Assembly (NCBI GenBank): GCA_043805855.1
Contig: JAZDHP010000009.1
Span: 1-51,390 of the forward strand
Direction: 5' to 3'
Length of the DNA: 51,390 nt
From: Candidatus Micrarchaeota archaeon
GTDB taxonomy: Archaea > Micrarchaeota > Micrarchaeia > Norongarragalinales > UBA8480
Position numbers and translations under genes: made by a program. The notes below the pieces were generated by a model. That model saw only the letters and a program-made list of their open reading frames with translations, did no database searches and was not told where the DNA came from. Positions 29,808 through 37,823 of the stretch are shown here, piece after piece. Every line of letters begins with the position of its first letter. Positions within the stretch are counted from its first letter, which is position 1.

Positions 29808-30458
29808 TCATTTTCTTCCAATAAACTGGACAACCGCACGGTTAACTTTTAATCCAGCAACACTACGCGCGTCAACTTTTTCCTTTGCTTCAACTAATTT
29901 AAACTTACTAAACAAACGCTTAGCTTCAACCAGCGAAAAATAGTGGTACCACACGTTGTTCCCCCGACGGAAAGTGTTTCTTTCAATTTCAATTCCCTTA
30001 GCAAAACGAAAATCTTGCTTTGAAAAGCCTTCGAAAAACAACACGCCGCCTTTCTTCAACACGCGCTGAATTTCACTCACGGCAACTTTTCGTTCCTTTT
30101 CGCTCAAATGATCCAAAACATGAACTGCAACAACCGCGTCAAAAGAATTAGCTGCGAAAGGCAAATCACAAACATCACCCACAATTAGCTTCGCCTTTTT
30201 TCCAACTTTTTCTTTCGCTAACTCAACCGCACTAGGAGAAATATCTATACCTGTAACTTTGAAACCGCGGCTAACAAGTGAAGAAAGCGTCTTACCATCG
30301 CCGCAACCGAGCTCTAAAACTTTACAACCGCGAGGCAACAGTGCAAAGTCAAAACTATCTCCAACGCCTCTCCACAACTTACCCTTAGCACGATATTCTT
30401 TTTCCCACGCGTACAAATGCGGCGCCCTCTCTAACAAACGAGACAAATAGCCATCCAT
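29808..30458 (-). CDS. Class I SAM-dependent methyltransferase
   Basis: VLELGCGDG, GIDIS, LPFAANSFD, RVLKKGG. Confidence 0.9.
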   Translation of the reverse strand: MDGYLSRLLERAPHLYAWEKEYRAKGKLWRGVGDSFDFALLPRGCKVLELGCGDGKTLSSLVSRGFKVTGIDISPSAVELAKEKVGKKAKLIVGDVCDLPFAANSFDAVVAVHVLDHLSEKERKVAVSEIQRVLKKGGVLFFEGFSKQDFRFAKGIEIERNTFRRGNNVWYHYFSLVEAKRLFSKFKLVEAKEKVDARSVAGLKVNRAVVQFIGRK

Positions 30459-30579
30459 AAAAGAAATTTAGCAAAGCGCGTATAAAATAGCCCCGTCCAG
30501 TAGAGATTTAAAACTAGTTATGCACAAATAATAACGCCCACTTGGCCGAGGTATCAAAGGCCCGGCCTTGAGGGCCTTT

Positions 30580-30776
30580 GGGTCCATAGCTTAGCCTGGT
30601 TGGAGCACTCGACTGATAGAACCCCCTTTTTCTTCAAAAGAAAAAGGCCGTTCAAGGTTCAAAAAGAACCTTACAGAAATCGAGCGGTCGTGCGTTCAAA
30701 GAACCTTTTCTTTTAAAAAAGAAAAGCCTCACGGAAAAGAAAACTCCGCGAAGAATTGAAAATCGCACTGGGCCCA
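30580..30776 (+). tRNA. tRNA-Ile(GAT) with two introns (37/38: 30619-30678; 59/60: 30701-30762)
   Basis: Acceptor GGGTCCA/TGGGCCC-A; anticodon arm CTCGA-CTGATA|A-TCGAG; T arm GTGCG-TTCAAA|T-CGCAC; BHB-like helices CTGA/ACAG and TTCA/TGAA. Confidence 0.9.
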
Positions 30777-30850
30777 TTGTTTATTTCAATGCCTAATTTT
30801 TTCTTTTCTTTGGCCACGCCTGGCCTTTCTTTTCTAAAGAAAGGCATGGC

Positions 30851-30866
30851 TCGCACTGGGCCCATT
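30851..30866 (+). repeat. 16-bp direct repeat of the tRNA-Ile 3' end (att-like)
   Basis: TCGCACTGGGCCCATT at 30763-30778 and 30851-30866. Confidence 0.85.
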
Positions 30867-31636
30867 TATTTTAACTTCCTAATTTTTTCCCTCAATTCCC
30901 TTTCTAGTTTCTTCGCTTCTGGACTGTGTGAACGTTCTGCGTCAATCCAAACTGGACGTTGGCCTTTCATCATGGCATCTTCTAAGATAATTCCATGGTT
31001 TTCAAGAAGCCCAGGAATACCATGCTCGCGCGATACATTAGTTTCAATTTGAGAATGTCTACCCGTCACTACAGTTGTAAACATTATTTCTGGAAAGCGA
31101 CTTTTACCTAGAAAAACTGCAACCGGCGCTTCGCAACGCACACCTACTTTTCGAGCAACGTGCAAAGTCAACGCCTCTTCTAGAACAGACATATGAGTAG
31201 AATCTTTTTCATCAGCAAACTGCAGTTTTTCAACTCGGTGAAAAACATGCAAAGGCCCCCTGCGCTGGCTACTTTTAATTACTTGTTGCCTACCAACACG
31301 ATAGAAACGCCCCGGGTCAAATATTTTCCATCGATTTGGCAGCATATAATGCCCTGGAAATTCCATTGCACGCCAAGATCTCTCACCCAACATGCACCGC
31401 TCCTTAGGAAATGAAATTGTCTTCTTATTCGCCTCGTTCATCATCGCCAATATATCAGAAGGTGAGACTTTCTTAGCAGCTGGAAATAGAATTAAGTGAC
31501 CACAGTTTGTCTTTGCAACGCGAAGCTTCATTCCATCATGTTCCAGCTCATGTTCTGAAAGTAAAGTAATTTCATGCCGCGCTTCTAAACGACGCGCAAT
31601 CCCCTCGCGCATTTTCTTTAACCTTTCAAAAGCCAT
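30866..31636 (-). CDS. Hypothetical protein, possibly a degenerate Bud32/RIO/Kdo-like kinase fold
   Basis: EEALTLHVARKVGVRCEAPVAV and LENHGII..D...WIDAE echo kinase subdomains; basic N-terminus. Confidence 0.5.
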   Translation of the reverse strand: MAFERLKKMREGIARRLEARHEITLLSEHELEHDGMKLRVAKTNCGHLILFPAAKKVSPSDILAMMNEANKKTISFPKERCMLGERSWRAMEFPGHYMLPNRWKIFDPGRFYRVGRQQVIKSSQRRGPLHVFHRVEKLQFADEKDSTHMSVLEEALTLHVARKVGVRCEAPVAVFLGKSRFPEIMFTTVVTGRHSQIETNVSREHGIPGLLENHGIILEDAMMKGQRPVWIDAERSHSPEAKKLERELREKIRKLK

Positions 31637-31640
31637 GTTG

Positions 31641-32537
31641 TCAAAACTCTCTAATCTCTTTCATCTTTTCATAGCGCTGTTCAATTTCACTGTGCTTTAA
31701 CTTTTGCATGCGATGTAAGGAAAAGTCTTCAGCGTTGAACGAAGCAACTACAGAACCGTAAACCATTGCACGGCGCAAATTCTTCTCGTTAACGTCGCCC
31801 GTCTTTGCTAAGTGACCAATAAACGCGCCGCCAAACGAGTCACCACAACCAGTTGGGTCCTTCACAACTTCCAGCGGATAACTCCCGCAACTGAAGTGCT
31901 TATCTTTCGTAAATAGCAGCGAACCGTGTTCGCCTTTCTTTATGATAACTGCCTGGGGACCAAGGCCAAGCGCTTTCTTCGCTGCGACAACTAAATTAAC
32001 AGTTTGGAACAATTGCCTCGCTTCACCGTCGTTGAGAAGCAAAACGTTTGTTTTTTTGATCATTTCTAAAAGTTTTTCTTTTTTATGCGTAATCCACAAG
32101 TTCATCGAGTCCATTACAACTAACTTTGGCTTGCGCAGTTGTGCAATTACTTGTAGTTGAACGTCTGGATCTGCGTTGCCTAGGAACACAAAACTAGCAT
32201 TGCGGTAACTCTCAGGCAAAACTGGCTGGAATTCAGCCAAACAGTTTAACTCAGTGCGCAAGGTTTTCGCTTCGTTCATATCATACTCGTAAAGCCCGCC
32301 CCAGCGGAACGTTTCTCCTTTCTTTTCAACACCGTCAAGGTTCATTTTGTCAGTAAGCGTTTTCAAGTGATTAGCTGGAAAATCAGTACCAATAATACTA
32401 AGCACGCCTGGCTTTGTGAAAAAAGAACAAGCGTACGCCGAATAAGAAGCTGAACCGCCCAGAACTCCGTTTACTTTGCCAAACGGCGTTTCCACGTCAT
32501 CAAGCCCAATTGTACCTAAAATAATCGTGTCAACCAT
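31641..32537 (-). CDS. PfkB/ribokinase-family kinase
   Basis: LGGSASY, NDGEAR, IKKGEHGS, DPTGCGDSFGG. Confidence 0.92.
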   Translation of the reverse strand: MVDTIILGTIGLDDVETPFGKVNGVLGGSASYSAYACSFFTKPGVLSIIGTDFPANHLKTLTDKMNLDGVEKKGETFRWGGLYEYDMNEAKTLRTELNCLAEFQPVLPESYRNASFVFLGNADPDVQLQVIAQLRKPKLVVMDSMNLWITHKKEKLLEMIKKTNVLLLNDGEARQLFQTVNLVVAAKKALGLGPQAVIIKKGEHGSLLFTKDKHFSCGSYPLEVVKDPTGCGDSFGGAFIGHLAKTGDVNEKNLRRAMVYGSVVASFNAEDFSLHRMQKLKHSEIEQRYEKMKEIREF

Positions 32538-32607
32538 AAAACTTCAAATTTATTGCGCCGTACAACTTAATTAAAACACTTGCCGACTAAATATTTCGCT
32601 GATCAAT

Positions 32608-33315
32608 ATGCACCGTGGAAAAGTTGAAATTGTAGAAATAATTCAAGAAAACAGCGACACGAAGACGTTTCGCTTAAAGTTACTCAACGGCAAAATGGAC
32701 TTTAAACCAGGACAATTTGCAGTACTACAGATTCCTGCAGAGCTAGGCGGAGGGCCAAAATATTCCCGCGCCTATTCCATCGCTTCTAGCCCAACTGAAG
32801 AAATTGTTGAACTCACAATGAACATCGTTGGAATGTTTACAAAACAAATGGACACGCTGCAAACTGGAGCTGTGTTGAACATGCAAGGCCCGTTTGGTCC
32901 CTTTCACTTAAACGAAGAAAAACACCATGACATCGTTACAATTTCAGGCGGCACAGGCATAACACCGTTTAGAAGCATGTGGCGTTACATTGCTGCGAAA
33001 AAGCTATCGATCAAAATCACGCCACTGGTTTCGTTTAAACACTTAAAGGATTACGTTTACACGAAGGAATTAGGCGAAATGGAAAAACACGGCAAAGCAC
33101 TTATAACGCTAACGCGAGAACCTGAGGGAACCAACTGGAAAGGAAATCGCGGCAGGATAAACGCGGAGTTCATCAAGAAACACGTTGGAAAACTAGATGG
33201 AAAAACATTTTTCATCTGCGGCTCTAATAGTTTAAACGATGGTATGTCGCAAACGCTGCAATCGCTTGGAGTTGCTCAGGAAAATATAATCATGGAAAAG
33301 TGGGGGGAGTTTTAA
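32608..33315 (+). CDS. FAD/NAD(P)-binding oxidoreductase (FNR-like)
   Basis: FKPGQF, RAYSIASSP, GPFGPF, GGTGITPF, FICG. Confidence 0.92.
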   Translation: MHRGKVEIVEIIQENSDTKTFRLKLLNGKMDFKPGQFAVLQIPAELGGGPKYSRAYSIASSPTEEIVELTMNIVGMFTKQMDTLQTGAVLNMQGPFGPFHLNEEKHHDIVTISGGTGITPFRSMWRYIAAKKLSIKITPLVSFKHLKDYVYTKELGEMEKHGKALITLTREPEGTNWKGNRGRINAEFIKKHVGKLDGKTFFICGSNSLNDGMSQTLQSLGVAQENIIMEKWGEF

Positions 33316-33316
33316 A

Positions 33317-33631
33317 ATGAGTTTGAGAGATGTACAAGAAGAAGTTGACAAGTGGGCAAGTCAATTTAAAATACCTTATTGGACGCCGCACGAACAAACA
33401 CTACGGTTAACTGAAGAAGTGGGTGAGTTAGCGCGCGAGGTTAATCATCGCTGGGGGCCAAAGAAGAAAAAATCAACAGAAGATTTGAAAGAGTTAAGCG
33501 AAGAAATGGGAGACATTATCTTTACTCTAGCGTGCCTTGCAAACGCGCAGAAGATAGATTTAGACGAATCTTTCAAACACGCGATGGATAAGTGCTACGG
33601 ACGCGATAAAGATAGATATGAGAAAAAATAA
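33317..33631 (+). CDS. MazG-like nucleotide pyrophosphohydrolase (YpjD type)
   Basis: LTEEVGELARE, EEMGDIIF, RDKDRY. Confidence 0.9.
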   Translation: MSLRDVQEEVDKWASQFKIPYWTPHEQTLRLTEEVGELAREVNHRWGPKKKKSTEDLKELSEEMGDIIFTLACLANAQKIDLDESFKHAMDKCYGRDKDRYEKK

Positions 33632-33694
33632 TCTTCATCAACCAAAAACTATTTATAGCTTTAGGTAAGATATTCTTACTTAAGGTGAAAAGAT

Positions 33695-33961
33695 ATGGAA
33701 GTTCCTTTAACATTAACTCGCATTAGTTCAAAAGGTCAAGTCGTTATTCCTGGAAGCTTAAGAAAAAAACTTCATATAAACAGCGGAGAATACTTTGCCG
33801 TTGGCCGGGTAAAAAACATGATAGTTCTTAAATCCGTTTCAGGCGGAATGACTGCTGCAGATATAAAGACACTTGAAAAGCTCAATGAAGCTTGGCAAGA
33901 CCTAGAATCAGGCAGGTTCAAAAAAGGCACATTGGACGAACTAATGAAGGAACTGAGCTAA
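33695..33961 (+). CDS. AbrB/MazE/SpoVT-family antitoxin
   Basis: ISSKGQVVIPGSLRKKL; AGGTGA SD upstream. Confidence 0.88.
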   Translation: MEVPLTLTRISSKGQVVIPGSLRKKLHINSGEYFAVGRVKNMIVLKSVSGGMTAADIKTLEKLNEAWQDLESGRFKKGTLDELMKELS

Positions 33962-33962
33962 A

Positions 33963-34214
33963 ATGAACCGCGAACTAGTTTGGACTGAAAAGTTCAAAAC
34001 CGATGTAAAGCACTTTAAAGATTCTTCACTTTTGGAAAAATTGCGAAAACAAATTGAGAAAATCCTAGAAAACCCAGAAATTGGAAAGCCACTTCGCTAT
34101 AACTTGAAAGGCGAGCGAACTATTTACGTAAAACCTTATAGAATACTCTACGCATTTGACGACAAAAACATTTACTTACTGCGCTTTGAACACCGCGGCC
34201 ACGCATACGACTAA
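33963..34214 (+). CDS. RelE/ParE-family toxin
   Basis: NPEIGKPLRYNLKG, YRILY, FEHRGHAYD; 1-nt gap after the antitoxin. Confidence 0.88.
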   Translation: MNRELVWTEKFKTDVKHFKDSSLLEKLRKQIEKILENPEIGKPLRYNLKGERTIYVKPYRILYAFDDKNIYLLRFEHRGHAYD

Positions 34215-34306
34215 ACTCTGCTCGTCTTCCACATTATCTCAAAATAATTCCGGTAGCTGTCAGCAACGCGTTGGTTTTTTATAAAAATAGCAAGTGGTTT
34301 TTCGTC
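34211..34306 (-). pseudogene. C-terminal remnant of a TrmB-like regulator
   Basis: EKPLAIFIKNQRVADSYRNYFEIMWKTSRV resembles archaeal TrmB-type C-termini; similarity stops upstream and no HTH is present. Confidence 0.6.
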
Positions 34307-34374
34307 CACTTTTTTAGCGCATGTATTTTTTATTGGCGAAATCCTTTTTAACAACTTGAGGTCTTGAATTAGGT

Positions 34375-34623
34375 ATGAGCACTTTCGAACAGCGGTACAA
34401 AATTCACTTGTGGATGGTAAGCCATCCGAAGGAACTGGAAAAACACACAAATGAATGGATCGCAGTAACCGCCAAAGGAATAATAGCTAGCGCTAAGGCG
34501 CTTGCGGATTTAACTAGTAATCCAAAAGTTCAAAAGGAGCGAAATAAAGGCGAAGTGCTCTTTGCGCCAATTCCAGACCCAAACAAAGCGTATGTTTTTG
34601 GAGCTGGAAGTACATATGGCTGA
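34375..34623 (+). CDS. DUF5678-like small protein (copy 2)
   Basis: WMVSHPKELEKHTNEWIAVTAKGIIAS; paralog of 21872..22090. Confidence 0.8.
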   Translation: MSTFEQRYKIHLWMVSHPKELEKHTNEWIAVTAKGIIASAKALADLTSNPKVQKERNKGEVLFAPIPDPNKAYVFGAGSTYG

Positions 34624-35011
34624 CCAAGACTTTTACTATCAATTGTTAGGAAAAGAGCAATACCCCGCTGTTCCGGTAACTATTTACTTTGTAGAAAACG
34701 CCACGCCAACATACACAATAATTGACTCAGGTGCAGATTATTGCCTTTTCAATAACGAATTAGCAGATGATCTTAAATTAGAAATTGAAACTGGGCGTCA
34801 AATTAGTTTAAACGGCATTGGTGGAAAAATAGTGGCTTTTTTACACGAAGTACAAATACAACTTCTTAACCGAAAAATAACTTGCAAAGCACTATTCTCC
34901 AGAGATTTTAAATGGCAGGCAAATATACTTGGAAGAGCTGGTTTCTTCGAAGCCCATGAAATAACCTTCAAAGAAAAGGACAAAATTATACAAGTAAAAG
35001 AAGTAGATTAA
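34616..35011 (+). CDS. Retropepsin-like aspartyl protease (copy 2; start re-called at 34616)
   Basis: IDSGADYC, ILGRAGFF; overlaps the end of the upstream gene. Confidence 0.85.
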   Translation: MADQDFYYQLLGKEQYPAVPVTIYFVENATPTYTIIDSGADYCLFNNELADDLKLEIETGRQISLNGIGGKIVAFLHEVQIQLLNRKITCKALFSRDFKWQANILGRAGFFEAHEITFKEKDKIIQVKEVD

Positions 35012-35042
35012 AAAACAACCCCAATTCTAACTCTTTTACTAC

Positions 35043-35222
35043 GCTTCGATCGTCTAGTTCGGTCACGATCCTTTTATTCCTATAGAGCGAAAAGGTTCGC
35101 TGCAAAAGGACACGGGATTCTCAATCCCGTAACTCGGGTTCAAATGGGCTTTTCTTTTTCAAAAAAAGAAAAGACCCTGGGAAAAGAAAAACTTCTTTCC
35201 CGTGAAAATCCCGATCGAAGCG
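35043..35222 (+). tRNA. tRNA-Glu(CTC) with two non-canonical introns (D-loop ~35065-35105; 59/60: 35145-35208)
   Basis: Acceptor GCTTCGA/TCGAAGC-G; D stem GTCT/GGAC; anticodon arm CGGGA-TTCTCAA-TCCCG; T arm TCGGG-TTCAAA|T-CCCGA with TTCA/TGAA BHB helix; D-loop intron ends uncertain by ~2 nt. Confidence 0.88.
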
Positions 35223-35253
35223 CTTTTTATTTTTAGCAAATAATAGATTAAGC

Positions 35254-35859
35254 ATGCCATTAACTATAGTTGACGTTGAAAACGCGCCTTTGAAGCTATT
35301 GACTAAGCATCAATGGTTACGTAGTGGGGCGCAGACTATGCTTACGCATCCTGATGGGTTACGGGCAGTCAGAGAAATTCAATCTAAAGCTACGGATTTT
35401 CATTCTCTAGTTAGCTTGGTTAATGAACAACTTGGGTTATTGCAACAAAGAAATCAAGCAGAATACGCTGATGTGCGCAAGAGATTTCGTACGGAAACCG
35501 TAAATGATTTTTTTAATGGCGACCAGTATTTTGCATGTGGGGGACAAGCGATAGCTTCGCTTGCTTTGTTCCGCGCGTTAGGGGTTCCTGCGAAGTACGT
35601 TGAACGGTTGTACAAAGATGGAACTTTTTCAGGTCACGTTGTTTGTAAAATTAGACACCCTTCTGGCAAATGGGTTTACTTTGATTCAACTAAACGACTA
35701 CTAGCAGCTAATAATCAACATTCAAAGATCTTAGGCGGCAGAGAAACCGTACGTTTTCGAGAAGGGCTTGACTCACACGATATAGGTATAAAATCCGACG
35801 AAGATTTAAGAAGAGAATGTGACAAATTAAAAAAACAATTTGAAGCAAAAACACACTAA
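35254..35859 (+). CDS. Transglutaminase-like (Cys-His-Asp) protein
   Basis: ACGGQAIASLALFRALGVPAKYV, GHVV, WVYFDST. Confidence 0.8.
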   Translation: MPLTIVDVENAPLKLLTKHQWLRSGAQTMLTHPDGLRAVREIQSKATDFHSLVSLVNEQLGLLQQRNQAEYADVRKRFRTETVNDFFNGDQYFACGGQAIASLALFRALGVPAKYVERLYKDGTFSGHVVCKIRHPSGKWVYFDSTKRLLAANNQHSKILGGRETVRFREGLDSHDIGIKSDEDLRRECDKLKKQFEAKTH

Positions 35860-35866
35860 AACTCAA

Positions 35867-35884
35867 CGAAGCGCTTTTTTATTT
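35867..35884 (+). repeat. Direct repeat of the tRNA-Glu 3' end and trailer (att-like)
   Basis: CGAAGCGCTTTTT(T)ATTT at 35216-35232 and 35867-35884. Confidence 0.75.
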
Positions 35885-35903
35885 CAATTGCCTAGTTGTT
35901 GCT

Positions 35904-36476
35904 ATGTATACTTGCGTTGTTGTTAAGGATCGCGTTTTGTGGATTGATGGAGTTCACATGCACCGTGGCGACGAACCGCCGGAAAAAACCGCTAGCCGAA
36001 TGGCTAGTTTATTGCATCTTAACCGCGACGCAGTTGTACTGGATACGTGCACTGGCCTAGGATACGCCGCGCTAGCGTTAAGCGAAAAAGCAGCTAAAGT
36101 TACAACAGTTGAAAAAAGCAAACAAGTGCTCGACTTAGTAGCGCTTCACAACCCTGCAGTTTTTGAAAAGAAGAACATTGAAGTGATTCACAACGACGTT
36201 TGCGAAATGATATTACAATTGCCTGATAAAAGTTTCGATGCTGTTCTCCACGACCCACCGCGGTTTTCAATGGCAGGCGAGCTTTATTCTGGAGTTTTTT
36301 ATAAGGAGTTGCACCGCGTTTTGAAAAACGGTGGAAAACTATTTCATTACACTGGAAAGCCAGGCGCGAACAGCGGTAAAAATCTATTGAAGGGAATAAA
36401 GCAGCGGTTGCAAGACGCTGGCTTTAAGAAAATAGAGTGGCAAGAAGAAGCGCTTGGATTTAGTAGTATAGCTTAA
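35904..36476 (+). CDS. Archaeal SAM-dependent methyltransferase
   Basis: VLDTCTGLGYAA, HDPPRFSMAGELYS, LFHYTGKPG. Confidence 0.85.
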   Translation: MYTCVVVKDRVLWIDGVHMHRGDEPPEKTASRMASLLHLNRDAVVLDTCTGLGYAALALSEKAAKVTTVEKSKQVLDLVALHNPAVFEKKNIEVIHNDVCEMILQLPDKSFDAVLHDPPRFSMAGELYSGVFYKELHRVLKNGGKLFHYTGKPGANSGKNLLKGIKQRLQDAGFKKIEWQEEALGFSSIA

Positions 36477-36479
36477 TAG

Positions 36480-36537
36480 TTTTTCTTTGGAGTGATCGGT
36501 TAGACCTTTCTTTTTTCTAAAAAGAAAGGGATACCGA
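36480..36537 (-). repeat. Free-standing copy of the tRNA-intron hairpin module
   Basis: CCTTTCTTTTT-TCT-AAAAAGAAAGG (36505-36529) preceded by TTTTCTTTGG, as at 30804-30845. Confidence 0.7.
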
Positions 36538-36538
36538 C

Positions 36539-37804
36539 TTACTCGTATTTCAACGCTTGTGCTGGTCTTTGGTTTGCAGCGCGGTAAGCTGGGATTAAAC
36601 CAGATAAGATTCCAATTAACATTGAGAATAGCAGCATCCCAATTACTAGCGTTGGCGTTACAATTGCTTTTAACGTAGTTCCTGTTCCAGGTGGGCCAAA
36701 TGCAATGTTTAAACTTGAAAATAGATATGCGATGCCTGCACCTATTCCAATTCCAATTAAACCGCCAACTATGCCAATCATGCCGGCGTTTAAGAGAAAT
36801 ATCAAAAGCACGTCGCTATTTGTCGCGCCAATTGCCTTCATTATACCAATGTCGCGGGTTTTTTCCAATACTGAAGTGAACATAGTGTTTGCAATTCCAA
36901 TTGCCCCAACTATAAGCGCGACAAGTGCAATTGCAGCGAGGAACATCGTCATTGCAGTTATAGTTTCGTTAATCCTATCCTGTGCAGATTGAAATGAAAT
37001 TACTGAAAAAGTTTTTGTAAGTTTACTCTCACCGCGAAGATCCATTAAGCGTTGTTCCATCTTTTCAACAACAGGCGTGAAATTCGCAACTGGATAAGGC
37101 AAAACTTGAATTTGAGAAAAGTCATCGCTCGATTCTTTATTCAAAACATTGCGGCCAGCTTTTACAGTCATGTAAAGTGAATTATCTTGAGTGTTACTGA
37201 ACCCAGTGCTTGCTTTTAAAATTCCAACAACGCGCATTGGAACGCCGTTAACTTCAAACTGACTACCGAGGCCAACTTTGTTCTTGAAAACCCTCTCTGC
37301 AACTCTACTACCAATTACAACCCCGTTTAAATCACTGGACTGAATGAACCTACCTTTTTCAAGTTCAATCTTTGAAAAGGAACGCCATTTCATCGGGTCA
37401 ATGCCTTGAATTGAAACAGACGCAGATTCACCGCGATATTCAACCGTAGTTCTATCGCTAATAACCCCCATAACTAGCTTAATTTCAGACATTGAGTCCA
37501 GCAACTGCGCGTCGCGCACAGTTAAGTTTTTCTTTGTTGAACGCGCAGAGTCACGAGCTAAGTAAGGCGCAGCGAAACCACTCTGCGCGCCAGTAGCGCG
37601 GTCAGAACCAGGCGAAATTGTTATAATATCTGTTCCAAATTGCCCCAAACTTTCACTTATACTTGCCTTTGCGCCGTCGCCAATTGAAACGATCAAAATA
37701 ACCGCAGCTACGCCGATCACTATTCCAAGCACAGTTAGCCAACTTCTAAGCTTAGAGTGAACGAGAATGTTCCATGCTAAACGAAGATGCGTAGCTAATT
37801 TCAT
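36539..37804 (-). CDS. MacB/FtsX-like ABC transporter permease
   Basis: RSWLTVLGIVIGV, GIANTMFTSVLEKTRDIGIMKAIGA, PAYRAA. Confidence 0.93.
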   Translation of the reverse strand: MKLATHLRLAWNILVHSKLRSWLTVLGIVIGVAAVILIVSIGDGAKASISESLGQFGTDIITISPGSDRATGAQSGFAAPYLARDSARSTKKNLTVRDAQLLDSMSEIKLVMGVISDRTTVEYRGESASVSIQGIDPMKWRSFSKIELEKGRFIQSSDLNGVVIGSRVAERVFKNKVGLGSQFEVNGVPMRVVGILKASTGFSNTQDNSLYMTVKAGRNVLNKESSDDFSQIQVLPYPVANFTPVVEKMEQRLMDLRGESKLTKTFSVISFQSAQDRINETITAMTMFLAAIALVALIVGAIGIANTMFTSVLEKTRDIGIMKAIGATNSDVLLIFLLNAGMIGIVGGLIGIGIGAGIAYLFSSLNIAFGPPGTGTTLKAIVTPTLVIGMLLFSMLIGILSGLIPAYRAANQRPAQALKYE

Positions 37805-37823
37805 TTAAACCACAATACACCAG

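Noticed and set aside
30756-31052. 98-aa + strand ORF
   Set aside because: Overlaps the tRNA 3' end and is antisense to 30866..31636; likely spurious
34211-34450. 79-aa minus-strand ORF as an intact gene
   Set aside because: Only the last ~31 codons look protein-like (TrmB remnant); the rest is antisense to the DUF5678 gene and its promoter
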